A stretch of 25,419 bases of DNA from positions 1-25,419 of IMG/VR virus record IMGVR_UViG_3300035531_000116. One strand, given 5' to 3'. The position numbers and the translations under genes were made by a program. This DNA comes from a virus (taxonomy: Duplodnaviria; Caudoviricetes). The notes beneath the pieces were generated by a model. The model searched no databases, was not told the origin of the DNA, and saw nothing but the letters and a program-made list of their open reading frames with translations. Below, piece after piece: positions 6,850-16,055 of the stretch (positions are counted from its first letter, which is position 1; each line of letters opens with the position of its first letter).

Positions 6850-8155
6850 AAATATCCACCTCTCCGGACACAAAGTTAGGATGTTTGATTCTGTTGATCC
6901 TCAAAATACGTTCTGCGGATCTGTATGGCAGACCGTATTTCAAACAGACAAGATGCAGGGGCATGGCATTATCCACATCAATGGTGACAATCTTTTCGGC
7001 ATCAAGCTTGACCTGGACTACATGGTCCAGTAAAGCGTCGCTAAGCAGTTTTACTGCGTCGACACCCCGGGCCGCTTCAACAGCCAAATCCGCGACTACG
7101 CGCACCCGGTCCAGGCTCTCCTCAATTTGATTTACATTCAATGCAGATTCAACATCCGGGGCCTGGGTCATGCGCCCATGGGCATCAAACACCTGCACAT
7201 CCTCAGCCTGGGCCTGTGCCGATCTAACCTGTTCATCATCTGCGTAAATTTGGGCCGCTGCGTGGGCCAACCCAATTGCCGACGTGGCCAGATATGCATC
7301 TGCCGCAGCACGATCTGACAGCGACATGGTATCACTGTCCGTGGAGTCTTTACCAAACAACGTGGAATCAAACGGATATGTGAATCGAGCCAGCTGATTG
7401 ACAATACTGTCTAAAAACCGCCCTGGCGCATTCTTCAGCGTAATGAACCGAACGGTAAGTTTCTCCACGGTGGCGGCAACTTTACCGATAATCCGCCCTG
7501 GAATAGATGTGGCAAGCTCGACAGTATCCACCAGGCTGTCAACCGGAGATGTAATATCGTCACAAAAACTACCGATATCTTTATCCATGCGGTCAAGTTT
7601 CTTTAGATAACTGCGCGCCTCAGCAGATACCGCGGTTATCTGATCAAGAATCCCCTGATCCGGGTCGAGGGCCTTGTCAATAGTCTCGGCATCCAGCACA
7701 CCGTCTGCCACCATCGCGTCCCGGTAACTGTTTTGAGCCTCCAAGTACCCGTCTGCGGCCAGTTCATCCGCCTGCCCGGCAATATCCGTTGCGCCGGACA
7801 CAGCGATCGAAGAGATCCCGACAATAAAATCAATGTCGATCTCCGCCGTCCGATCCCGGTCGTCATGACGCACATGGATATCATCCACCGCGCCCTGGAG
7901 CAGCCCGTATTTAGGATGGTTCAGCTCAAAAGACTGCTGCCCCCAGAGCAACTTCAGCACATCTTTGTGGGTGTCATACGTGTCAGACCAGAAATAACAA
8001 CGCAACCGGATGCGCCGGGCCTTCAGCCCCATATCCTGAATCAATGTCCGGTCAGAAAACGGGATATGATGCCTGACTATGGCTTTGTCAAAGCTATCAG
8101 AGATCGTTTCCAGATCCAGATTAATCCCGTTTAATGTTGCGTATGTTTCCGTCAT
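6839..8155 (-). CDS. DNA circularisation / tail protein, Mu gp43 (gpN)-like
   Basis: N-terminal HHIPFSD...QDMGLKARRI and L.HPKYG; C-terminal PLHLVC..YG...AERILRINRIKHPNFV. Confidence 0.85.
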   Translation of the reverse strand: MTETYATLNGINLDLETISDSFDKAIVRHHIPFSDRTLIQDMGLKARRIRLRCYFWSDTYDTHKDVLKLLWGQQSFELNHPKYGLLQGAVDDIHVRHDDRDRTAEIDIDFIVGISSIAVSGATDIAGQADELAADGYLEAQNSYRDAMVADGVLDAETIDKALDPDQGILDQITAVSAEARSYLKKLDRMDKDIGSFCDDITSPVDSLVDTVELATSIPGRIIGKVAATVEKLTVRFITLKNAPGRFLDSIVNQLARFTYPFDSTLFGKDSTDSDTMSLSDRAAADAYLATSAIGLAHAAAQIYADDEQVRSAQAQAEDVQVFDAHGRMTQAPDVESALNVNQIEESLDRVRVVADLAVEAARGVDAVKLLSDALLDHVVQVKLDAEKIVTIDVDNAMPLHLVCLKYGLPYRSAERILRINRIKHPNFVSGEVDIYES

Positions 8156-8198
8156 TCAAACTCTTTCTAAATATCAATTTAATACAATATTATCTTGA

Positions 8199-9395
8199 TT
8201 ATAGGACAAGGGCACTCTGGCTCATTCCACTCCCACCGATAACGAGCTGTGGGGTAACGCCACCAGCCCCCTCAAGCACTGTCACGCCTGCCTTGGGGGT
8301 AAACTGCGTTATGTTGCCGACAAGCCTAACTGTGATCGATTCGGCATCAGTTTCATTTAAGGCCGACATGTCAACATGCCCACCAACACCGCTAAATGTT
8401 ATCGTATCCCCGGCAGTCAGCAGATCACTTGCAGCTGTATAGTCCTCGCCGGCAGTCAGCATTATCGAGATGTGATTGTTAGGTGCTGTAACGCCTATTA
8501 ACGCGTCAACGGCATTAGCGTATAGCCCACCAATGACCGTGTAGCCAGCCCCGTTTGGGTGCAGTCCGTCGCCAGAGTCATACGCTGTCGCTAAATCTAA
8601 TGATCCCTCGGACTCTGCCAGCGCTGTGTAAATATCAACGTATTGCAGTCCCATGCCAGCCGCATACGACTGCAACCACATATTGTATTCTTCCGTCCAG
8701 GTCTGCCGCTCTGCCGTCCAGTATTGATTGTGTGACCAGGGGGCAACATTAACCAATATGGGCAGTATTTTAGCCGTCCGTGCGGCCGCAACCATTGATT
8801 GTATTGACGCTTGCATGGAGGCCAATGGACTTGATACTGCCGCCGCAAGATTGTTTACACCGCCTTGGATGATAACTATCTCAGGATTATTAGCGACAAT
8901 ATCAGCATTAAAGCGCGCGGCTATTGAATGCAGCGCTTCGCCCGAGGCCCCCTTTGTCGTTACTGTCATGCCTGTTATTTCGCTAAGCTCGGTATCCGCT
9001 GATCCATTCGCTGTAAACGAATCCCCGATGATATAGGTAGGACGGTCAACAATAGTTTCGCAACGGAACTCAGTAAACGTCAAAACGTCACCACCACTGC
9101 CTGAATACATACTCACCATTAGGGACGTTCTTTCTGCTGTGAACGACCTACTGCCAAAGCCAGAAAGAAAAATAGGCGTATTGTCCGCGTCCCGAATATC
9201 AAACGCGCACCCTGGGGTTATTGCCCCATCTGTATAAAGCCGATATTTTTCACTAACTGTTAGCGGAGTCGGTGGCTCACCGTACATATAGCCGTTTCCA
9301 TCAACCCCCGTCTCAAAAGAATTTGCTGTAACATTTACGGCCCCTAGCCCAGCCGTCCACGTCGTAAAATCATAACCGGCCATTAAGTCAGTCAT
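8199..9395 (-). CDS. SGNH/GDSL hydrolase (esterase/deacetylase) with extra N- and C-terminal domains (398 aa)
   Basis: All four blocks visible: GDSFT (Ser), GASGE (Gly), QGGVNN (Asn), DGLHPN (Asp/His). Confidence 0.88.
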   Translation of the reverse strand: MTDLMAGYDFTTWTAGLGAVNVTANSFETGVDGNGYMYGEPPTPLTVSEKYRLYTDGAITPGCAFDIRDADNTPIFLSGFGSRSFTAERTSLMVSMYSGSGGDVLTFTEFRCETIVDRPTYIIGDSFTANGSADTELSEITGMTVTTKGASGEALHSIAARFNADIVANNPEIVIIQGGVNNLAAAVSSPLASMQASIQSMVAAARTAKILPILVNVAPWSHNQYWTAERQTWTEEYNMWLQSYAAGMGLQYVDIYTALAESEGSLDLATAYDSGDGLHPNGAGYTVIGGLYANAVDALIGVTAPNNHISIMLTAGEDYTAASDLLTAGDTITFSGVGGHVDMSALNETDAESITVRLVGNITQFTPKAGVTVLEGAGGVTPQLVIGGSGMSQSALVL

Positions 9396-9416
9396 TAAAC
9401 TTTATTCCTCATTAAA

Positions 9417-11246
9417 TTAATCAACGTCCTGAACCGCACCAGCGCCAAACTTTCCTCTGCGGTTGGTATCGCTGGTCACCGTGGTGTTGGGGTCATCGCT
9501 GACAGTCATCATCCGGCCGGACCAGTCGAAATTAATCGCCAGGTTGATGGCATTTTTTATTTCCCCTGGCAGCTCCCGGCTCAGATCATAGATCTTTTCA
9601 CCCAGCGCCCCAGGCCCTGACCATCTACCGCTTGACGCTTTCTCAACCTGTTTGTTGATCAGCCAGTTGATCTTATCTCCGATCCACCACCCTGCCAATC
9701 CGGACCCGATTACGCCCGCCGCAGTGGCCGCAACAGGGGCGGACCTTACACTTCCACCCAGCAATGCTTTGCCTTTACCTAAAATGCTTTTTAGCCAACC
9801 CTTACCAGCTGCTCCTCCTGCCATACCCCCTGCAACATCATCCATCAGCCCGCCGCCAGGAATTCCACCACCAAGACCGCCCGCCGGCCAGTTGGTAACA
9901 AACACCGGTGCTACACCGGTCATCTTTTCCACGGCTTTCCCGGCAGCAATGCCGGCAGCTGTCGAACCGCCGCTCTTAAAAAATTTCCCGGCAATCCCAC
10001 GCATAGCTTTGGGAAGCAAACGCCCGGCAACCACACCACCGCCAAGCAGGGCAGTTCCCCACAGCATCATATCTTTTCCATCCATGCCGAATCCGCCGTC
10101 TGCCTTACTGGCCCGCAGTTTTTTAATCGCATTGGTCAGGCCGCGATCCAGCGGCTGCACAAAGCTGTCCGCAGCGGACCTGAGATCGTTTTTGAGCATA
10201 TTTATTTGATCCGGCAGGTTTGATGTGGCTTCATCAAAATTTTCTTTAAGCGTCCCGCCAGCTTCATCAATGGCTTTAAAAATACCTTCCATCTGATACA
10301 TCGCGTCACCATTCAAAAGCGTTTCAAGACCCTTTCGCGTCTCTTGATCAGCCTTTCCAAACGCACCAAAAATAAATTGGGCGCGCTTTGCATCAGTTGT
10401 CAGTGTAGAGTATTTTTTCTTGATATCCATAAGGACGGCCCTTGCATTCCGCCTTGATTCATCATCATTAAAAAACATGACCTTAGATGCTTTTTGGGCC
10501 TCTTTCATATAGTTCAGATTCGTAAACACCCTAATCGCACTATCCGCCAGAGTGGCAAGCCGGTCTGGGTTTTGTTCAACCTTGCTAAGGGTCTCAACAA
10601 AAGCCAGTGTGTCGCTAAAGCCCATCTTCGCCGCCTTTGCATTCTGTCCGACCCGTGAAAAAACAGATGACAGATCCTGTAATTCCGCATTTCCGAGACG
10701 TCCCGCAACAGTCATCTTGTCAAGCATATCCATAGCCTGACCCGGCTTGGCAAGGTCAAAGTCAAACGCTGAGGAACCAACTTTTAAAGCATCGGTAAGA
10801 GACCTGGCGCTTGCATCTGTAACGGCCATGGCAATATTCACAGCTTTGAGACTGGCTGTGGATTCATCCATATTAAGACCACCCTGGACAAGACTATCAA
10901 ACCCCTCCTTAAGACCCTCAATACTCTTCCCGGACTCCCTACCCATCCCAAAAAGATCTTGCCGCAAGGTCTTGATCTGGTCATCTGTCCCGCTGGCCGT
11001 CTGCTTTATCCGTGTCAGGGATTTAGTCAGCTGGGCGGAATCCGCAATAACCTTCCCGGCACCGATGCTAAGCCCCATGGCCGCCAACTGGCCATGCACC
11101 GAACCAAACGACGATTTCAGCGCAGCCAGTTCCTTGCGTGCCCCCCGGGTAAACCCGGCCACCGAGCGCTTGGCCCTGGATATGCCACGGATCAACCCTG
11201 CCGGTTTGGCTCCCAACTCAAGGAATAATTTCATAGGACTTGCCAT
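9417..11246 (-). CDS. Tail tape measure protein (TP901-like core, 609 aa)
   Basis: Ala/Gly-rich helical protein after the chaperone; AGRLGNAELQDL, PVFVTNWP and hydrophobic segments. Confidence 0.9.
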   Translation of the reverse strand: MASPMKLFLELGAKPAGLIRGISRAKRSVAGFTRGARKELAALKSSFGSVHGQLAAMGLSIGAGKVIADSAQLTKSLTRIKQTASGTDDQIKTLRQDLFGMGRESGKSIEGLKEGFDSLVQGGLNMDESTASLKAVNIAMAVTDASARSLTDALKVGSSAFDFDLAKPGQAMDMLDKMTVAGRLGNAELQDLSSVFSRVGQNAKAAKMGFSDTLAFVETLSKVEQNPDRLATLADSAIRVFTNLNYMKEAQKASKVMFFNDDESRRNARAVLMDIKKKYSTLTTDAKRAQFIFGAFGKADQETRKGLETLLNGDAMYQMEGIFKAIDEAGGTLKENFDEATSNLPDQINMLKNDLRSAADSFVQPLDRGLTNAIKKLRASKADGGFGMDGKDMMLWGTALLGGGVVAGRLLPKAMRGIAGKFFKSGGSTAAGIAAGKAVEKMTGVAPVFVTNWPAGGLGGGIPGGGLMDDVAGGMAGGAAGKGWLKSILGKGKALLGGSVRSAPVAATAAGVIGSGLAGWWIGDKINWLINKQVEKASSGRWSGPGALGEKIYDLSRELPGEIKNAINLAINFDWSGRMMTVSDDPNTTVTSDTNRRGKFGAGAVQDVD

Positions 11247-11247
11247 C

Positions 11248-11440
11248 TTATTTTTTCCTGCGCCTCACTTTATAGGTTTTCGGGGTCTTTTTCCCCCGGG
11301 ATCTCTTTTTACCGGCCGGCATGGCCGCAGCCAGATACCCGGCCGCCGCGCCCTCCGGCAATGCATTAATCTCAGCCCCGCTAAACCCCAGTTTTCGCAG
11401 CGCCAGATGCATCTGCCGCTCCGGCATCAGCCTGGCTTCG
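11248..11440 (-). CDS. Overlapping downstream frame of the tail assembly chaperone (GT-like extension) or small independent ORF
   Basis: Open +1 frame overlapping the chaperone 3' end and stopping just before the tape measure ATG; LALRKLGFSGAEINALPE resembles pre-tape-measure extensions. Confidence 0.55.
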
Positions 11441-11737
11441 AAACTCCAACCTCCGTTTATCCAGGCGGCCGGAGGCGGCGTGCAGCTCGTCAAAGTCCAG
11501 CTGCCTGGCCTGCATGAGCATATCCGGGGTCACACCGCCCTCCGGGATACCGTCCACAGACACCCGCCTGGCCATGATACACACCCCGTAAAAGGCATCA
11601 TTGGCCAGGGCGCGTTCAGCGTCATCTGACTCAAACACCGCAACAGAATCCCCCACAATCTGCTCCCGCAATGTAAATTCTGTGCAGAGCTTTCCCTCAT
11701 ATTCAATGCCAACAGGCAAGTTACCGGTTTCTTCCAT
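11381..11737 (-). CDS. Tail assembly chaperone, Mu gp41-like
   Basis: 118-aa acidic protein between tube and tape measure; LPVGIEYEG...FTLRE. Confidence 0.75.
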   Translation of the reverse strand: MEETGNLPVGIEYEGKLCTEFTLREQIVGDSVAVFESDDAERALANDAFYGVCIMARRVSVDGIPEGGVTPDMLMQARQLDFDELHAASGRLDKRRLEFRSQADAGAADASGAAKTGV

Positions 11738-12093
11738 TACTCTTCCGTCCTTTCTTCGGCCCCAAGCTCAATAGGCCGGGTGGTTTCGTTCTCCCCGTCC
11801 GTCTTGGCCTCACCGATTTTAAGTGTATATACCCCGGTAAACGTAACCCGCTTGCCGTTATCGTATTCAACCGTCAACCGGCCGCCCACCACGGCCCGCC
11901 AGTCAAATTCATCCGTCACCGGCACCACATAATCCACCTTGCACCCATACCGGGGCGTGGCCTTCATATGCCCGGTCTTGTTCATGAGGTTGACCTGTTT
12001 GTACAGCTCCACCTCATTTTCCGTGAAAGTCTTGAAATCCTCAATGGTGGTGCCGTTCACATCCAGCTCCACCCGGTTTACATATTCACTCAT
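11737..12093 (-). CDS. Tail tube protein
   Basis: 118-aa beta-rich protein downstream of the sheath and upstream of the chaperone; AGGAGG RBS. Confidence 0.75.
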   Translation of the reverse strand: MSEYVNRVELDVNGTTIEDFKTFTENEVELYKQVNLMNKTGHMKATPRYGCKVDYVVPVTDEFDWRAVVGGRLTVEYDNGKRVTFTGVYTLKIGEAKTDGENETTRPIELGAEERTEE

Positions 12094-12105
12094 GCCTGCC
12101 TCCTG

Positions 12106-12525
12106 TTAATCATTTCGAAGCTGCAGCACCCGGCAGCTGCCGGAGCCGGTCACCAGGAATCGTTTAGTCCGTCTGTCTGTTTCAAATAAAAAAATACCGT
12201 CCGACTTCTGGTGATCTCTCAGCACCGGCACAGATCCATCATGATTGCGGTGTACCGTCACCATGTCCGTGATCTGCAAAATCAACACCAGCCGGGTTGC
12301 CGGATCAACCGTAACAGCCTGCGGGGATGAACTTAGCCCGGTCAGGACATCGTCAGACACCTCCCGCTCATAGTACGGGGTCTCACTGTCCATGGTGAGG
12401 CCCAGGGTCTCATGATCGCAAAAATACACCGTTTCCATTGTCTTACCTGGCTTAAGTTCCTCAAGGTCCCCCTGGGAATTTTCGATAAAAACGACGTTGC
12501 TTGTCCCGTTTGTATACGTAGACAT
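12106..12525 (-). CDS. Hypothetical protein (139 aa) between sheath and tube
   Basis: GGAGG RBS; fills the sheath-tube gap; no recognised motif. Confidence 0.7.
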   Translation of the reverse strand: MSTYTNGTSNVVFIENSQGDLEELKPGKTMETVYFCDHETLGLTMDSETPYYEREVSDDVLTGLSSSPQAVTVDPATRLVLILQITDMVTVHRNHDGSVPVLRDHQKSDGIFLFETDRRTKRFLVTGSGSCRVLQLRND

Positions 12526-12537
12526 CCAGTTATCCTC

Positions 12538-13959
12538 CTACAGCAGCAGGTCAATACGCCCGGCGAATACATGCAGGCCGTTGACTACGTCCGTGGGTAT
12601 CTTTGCATTGAGCCGGTTGGCGTCCTGGGTATCCCGTTCCACCACCAACAAATCGATGTTGTCCGAAACAGCCTCCACGATCTCCAGGCTTTCGAGCTGG
12701 TACAACACATCCAGCAGCTCAGACCGAACCTTGGGCGGGGTCTTGCTGGAAAGTTTGCTCCGGGGGAACCGCAAGGCAATCCGGGTCCGGCACGCCTTGC
12801 GCACATAATCCAGGGTCATGATCGTGGTGACATCCAGCAGGCTCACATCGTCAATGCCCTGGGCGTCAACGGTGTACGTCGACACGGCCCGGACGATCTG
12901 TACCGCCTCTCCAGGCCCCACCTCCAGCGGTGTCACCCCGTTGTACAGCAGATTCTCCTGCTCCGTGCGCGAGAGCCTGTCATCAATATCCGGCGCGTGG
13001 ATGCCGTCCAGCTCCAGGGTGTTCAGGGGCCGGGCAGGGTCCTCTTCGGACGCCATCACCCCCGCCATGGCCGCCGCCACCTCCATGGGCAATGATCTTG
13101 TCCCCCGAAGATATGCGCACACCATCCGGCCGTCATTGAGCCCGGCCGCCAGGGTAACCGCATCCGCCAAGGCACCGGTATACCCGAACACACCCACACC
13201 CGGGCGCTGCTCCAGAGGCCCGGATACACTCTCCAAATGATCTGATAAATCTTCCAGCTGCTCACTGACGGTCCAGGGCACGCAAATTTTGGTGTATTGC
13301 TCGGCAAACACCGTGCTCAGCGCCGTGGTAATATCCGGATCACCTGATCCGGTTGACATAGCCGTAACGGTCAACGCACAGCAGTCATTAGCTGCCGTAT
13401 AGGCCAGGCCGATATCATTACCGCAGGTGCCGTTGTTCTTGGCAGTCAGGGTCAATGTGTCCGTGAGCACGGCTGCCGTCACCGGCAGGATCGGCTTATT
13501 GTCAATGGCGTCCTTGAGGTCAGCGGCAATATCCGCCGCCGCATCCCCCTTGGCCACCGCCACCTCAACATAGGCATTACCAACATACAAGCGCAGGGTA
13601 CCGGACGCACCGGCCGCAGCATCGACAGCCACTGTGCCCACAGCCGGAACGCCCGTGGCACTGTCATCCACCCCCACCATGGTCAGCGACACATAGGGAT
13701 ATGCGTTCAGCATGGCCGATGCCATGATGTGGGCCTGGGACCCATACCCGAAGTACTGAGCCGCCTGGACATCCGAGAATACCGACACCGGAACGTTCTC
13801 CGCCACGCTGCCGCCGGACGTCCGCCCGGCCACGATCAGCACCTCCTGCTTGTTGGCAGGCAAGGTGCGCACAGCCAGAGTGGTATTGAATTCGAAATAT
13901 TTGCCAGGCTTCCGGATGGAGCTGGGGATTTTGTCAAAGGATATATTTGGGCTGGCCAT
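12538..13959 (-). CDS. Tail sheath protein, Mu gpL-like
   Basis: IPSSIRKPGKYFEFN, DPARPLNTLEL, LLYNGVTPL and DVVNGLHVFAGRIDLLL. Confidence 0.95.
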   Translation of the reverse strand: MASPNISFDKIPSSIRKPGKYFEFNTTLAVRTLPANKQEVLIVAGRTSGGSVAENVPVSVFSDVQAAQYFGYGSQAHIMASAMLNAYPYVSLTMVGVDDSATGVPAVGTVAVDAAAGASGTLRLYVGNAYVEVAVAKGDAAADIAADLKDAIDNKPILPVTAAVLTDTLTLTAKNNGTCGNDIGLAYTAANDCCALTVTAMSTGSGDPDITTALSTVFAEQYTKICVPWTVSEQLEDLSDHLESVSGPLEQRPGVGVFGYTGALADAVTLAAGLNDGRMVCAYLRGTRSLPMEVAAAMAGVMASEEDPARPLNTLELDGIHAPDIDDRLSRTEQENLLYNGVTPLEVGPGEAVQIVRAVSTYTVDAQGIDDVSLLDVTTIMTLDYVRKACRTRIALRFPRSKLSSKTPPKVRSELLDVLYQLESLEIVEAVSDNIDLLVVERDTQDANRLNAKIPTDVVNGLHVFAGRIDLLL

Positions 13960-13962
13960 GGC

Positions 13963-14136
13963 TTATGCCTCCTTTGCCGTTTTTGATTCGGCCTTGGCCG
14001 GGATCAACGATCCATCCCGCACCAGGCGCTTGTAATATGCCGTCTCCGGCACATCTACGGCCTTGTTGTCTGTGATATACTTCCTGGGCCTGCCCTCCAT
14101 AGGGCAGCGCGTTCCGGCCGTTGATTTGACTTTCAT
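13963..14136 (-). CDS. Small Mu gp38 / DUF2635-like protein (57 aa; absent from the ORF track)
   Basis: Manual translation: MKVKSTAGTRCPMEGRPRKYITDNKAVDVPETAYYKRLVRDGSLIPAKAESKTAKEA. YY.R..RDG.L motif; fills the gap before the sheath gene. Confidence 0.8.
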   Translation of the reverse strand: MKVKSTAGTRCPMEGRPRKYITDNKAVDVPETAYYKRLVRDGSLIPAKAESKTAKEA

Positions 14137-14139
14137 CGC

Positions 14140-14655
14140 TTACTCCTCAAGTGTCACAAGATCCGAGGCATCCGCCACGCCGTCGTCTTCCGGATCTTGC
14201 AGGTAATATTCGAGTCCGATCCTGAGCAGGTCGGCCACATCTTCCTCTTCCACCCGCGCCATGATGTAGGACGTGGTGAATTTGATCTGGTACAGCAGGG
14301 TGTTTTTCTCCCGGAACTCGACATCCGTGATGTTGGCGAACCGGTCCGGGATCAGCGGGGTGATATCCAGACCCAGATCCGCCAGCATGAGACCCTGCAT
14401 CACACCCTCCAAAATCGGATAGAGCCCGTGCCTCCGCTCAAGTTCGTCCCGCACACTGCGGAAGGCAATCAGCACATAGACATCCAGGCTGACCTTGATC
14501 TTTGACATGGCCGCCCGGGTCAGCTGACCGGCCTCGATATAGACAAATACCGCAGGCTTTTTAATGCTCTCACCCTTTGTGACATCCGTGGCCCGTACAC
14601 CCAGGCCCGCAGTATCCAGCCAGTCCAGAATTTTATTTTCGACTTCAGCGATCAA
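14140..14655 (-). CDS. Tail terminator-like protein, Mu gp37/DUF1834-like
   Basis: MIAEVENKI..., PAVFV, C-terminal DA.DLV.L; position upstream of gp38/sheath. Confidence 0.7.
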   Translation of the reverse strand: MIAEVENKILDWLDTAGLGVRATDVTKGESIKKPAVFVYIEAGQLTRAAMSKIKVSLDVYVLIAFRSVRDELERRHGLYPILEGVMQGLMLADLGLDITPLIPDRFANITDVEFREKNTLLYQIKFTTSYIMARVEEEDVADLLRIGLEYYLQDPEDDGVADASDLVTLEE

Positions 14656-15175
14656 GTTTCAAATAATCCTTAAGTGTGTTGATAAGTTCTTTCCTGTCAC
14701 GGTATGCCCGGAATCCAAGGAACGGCCGTGGCGGCAAGTTGACATCTCGGTCATGCGCTTTCACAAAAGTAACACCGGCCTGAATGCCCCTTTTATTTCT
14801 TGTCTTAACCTTCCGGCGGTGTGACCTGATATTAAGCTTCTCTTTGATGCCGAACTGATGCGCAGCGGCATAAGCACGGTTTGAGCCGACGCGCACATGT
14901 AACGGTCCTGCCTGACGATGTATGCTGTTTCGTAAAAAAGACTTCTCGGTCAAAATGAGGTCATTTTTTTTATACTTCAGCGTCTCAGGAGACAAGGGCC
15001 GCCAAGCTTTTCCGGACGGTTCCTGTTCTTTTTCGAATCTGTCAACCGTTTCCTTGACCAGGTAATCCCCAAACGCTTTCATCACAGGCGTCAGATTGTG
15101 CCCACGTGCTGCGACCTCATACAGGCGATGCATGACATCCCGATCGTCTATCTTGACCTGGACAAAAGCCGTCAT
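14645..15175 (-). CDS. Virion morphogenesis (tail completion, Mu gpG-like) protein
   Basis: RFEKEQEPSGKAWRPLS, VGSNRAYAAAHQFG and LPPRPFLG. Confidence 0.9.
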   Translation of the reverse strand: MTAFVQVKIDDRDVMHRLYEVAARGHNLTPVMKAFGDYLVKETVDRFEKEQEPSGKAWRPLSPETLKYKKNDLILTEKSFLRNSIHRQAGPLHVRVGSNRAYAAAHQFGIKEKLNIRSHRRKVKTRNKRGIQAGVTFVKAHDRDVNLPPRPFLGFRAYRDRKELINTLKDYLKLDR

Positions 15176-15600
15176 TACAACCCCCGCAACCGGTCCCGGG
15201 AGAACACCCGGTCCGCAGAACTGATCTGCACCGGGTTGCTCCCGGAGTCAGCCGCCGCAGACACAGCGTCTGGGATCACAGCCGATCCAGATCCGATCTT
15301 CTCCAGCAGCCGAACCGCCTGCTGCCGTTTCTGCTCCCGGTTCTCGGGCGGGTCACTGCGCCGGGAACAGATCTCGAATACGGCCAGGTCCACAGCCAGC
15401 CGCTTGACCAGATCCGGCACCGGATCAAGGGGCACCTGGTACCGCCCGCCCACATAGGCATCGATCATCACCCCGGCCATCTCAATGGCCTGATCCACCC
15501 GGGACTGATCCACGGTGCCGGCGTCGTCGTCATCGGTGTATCCGATGACATCCGCCTCATCCATGCTGCCCAGTATGTCTTCCAGGGTGCAATAGGCCAT
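15175..15600 (-). CDS. Head-tail connector, Mu gp36 / DUF1320-like
   Basis: MAYCTLEDI, IDAYVGGRYQVPL and RVFSRDRL. Confidence 0.9.
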   Translation of the reverse strand: MAYCTLEDILGSMDEADVIGYTDDDDAGTVDQSRVDQAIEMAGVMIDAYVGGRYQVPLDPVPDLVKRLAVDLAVFEICSRRSDPPENREQKRQQAVRLLEKIGSGSAVIPDAVSAAADSGSNPVQISSADRVFSRDRLRGL

Positions 15601-15965
15601 TATGCGTTACTCCCCGCCTGCCATTCTGCCCAGCCTTCATCCCGCTGCTCTGAGGTGATGCTGTACCCCAGGATCTCCTCCATGGCTTCGACAGCCGGCG
15701 CACCGCTGCCGATGGTCTTACCGTCGGCCACCGCCTGGCCGGCCGCCCGGGCAAGATCAGACAACGTATTTCCGCCGCCATTTTCAAGCTCCAGATCAGG
15801 CATTTCTTCCGAGACGCCTGCCAGCATGGTGATCTCAGGATCGTCGTTAAGCTGCTCAAGCTGTTCATCCGTAAAATGTCCGGCCGGAAATATCCGCCCC
15901 TCACGGGTATGCACTTCTCCGCACCGCCGGAACCCGTCATGACGCGATTGGATAAAAACATCCAT
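15600..15965 (-). CDS. Mu gp35 / HI1506-like protein
   Basis: GFRRCG..H......FTDEQLEQL..DP.I; directly after the capsid gene; AAGGAG RBS. Confidence 0.75.
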   Translation of the reverse strand: MDVFIQSRHDGFRRCGEVHTREGRIFPAGHFTDEQLEQLNDDPEITMLAGVSEEMPDLELENGGGNTLSDLARAAGQAVADGKTIGSGAPAVEAMEEILGYSITSEQRDEGWAEWQAGSNA

Positions 15966-15982
15966 GTCACTCTCCTTTTATC

Positions 15983-16041
15983 CGCCCTGGGGAATCACTT
16001 CACCCAGGGCGTGTTAAGTTAAAAGGTCCACCATAGTGGAC
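15983..16041 (-). terminator. Tandem hairpins after the major capsid gene (attenuator/terminator or mRNA stabiliser)
   Basis: GTCCAC-N4-GTGGAC (16026-16041) followed by CTTTT on the minus strand, and CGCCCTGGG-N11-CCCAGGGCG (15983-16011). Confidence 0.5.
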
Positions 16042-16055
16042 ACTTTAATTCATTA

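Noticed and set aside
9652-13240. Long plus-strand ORFs (9652-10209, 10747-11517, 12412-13095, 12818-13240)
   Set aside because: Antisense shadows of well-supported GC-rich tail genes, with no recognisable motifs.
3307-13959. Tailocin or contractile injection system rather than prophage
   Set aside because: Capsid, portal, protease and terminase genes are contiguous with the tail genes.
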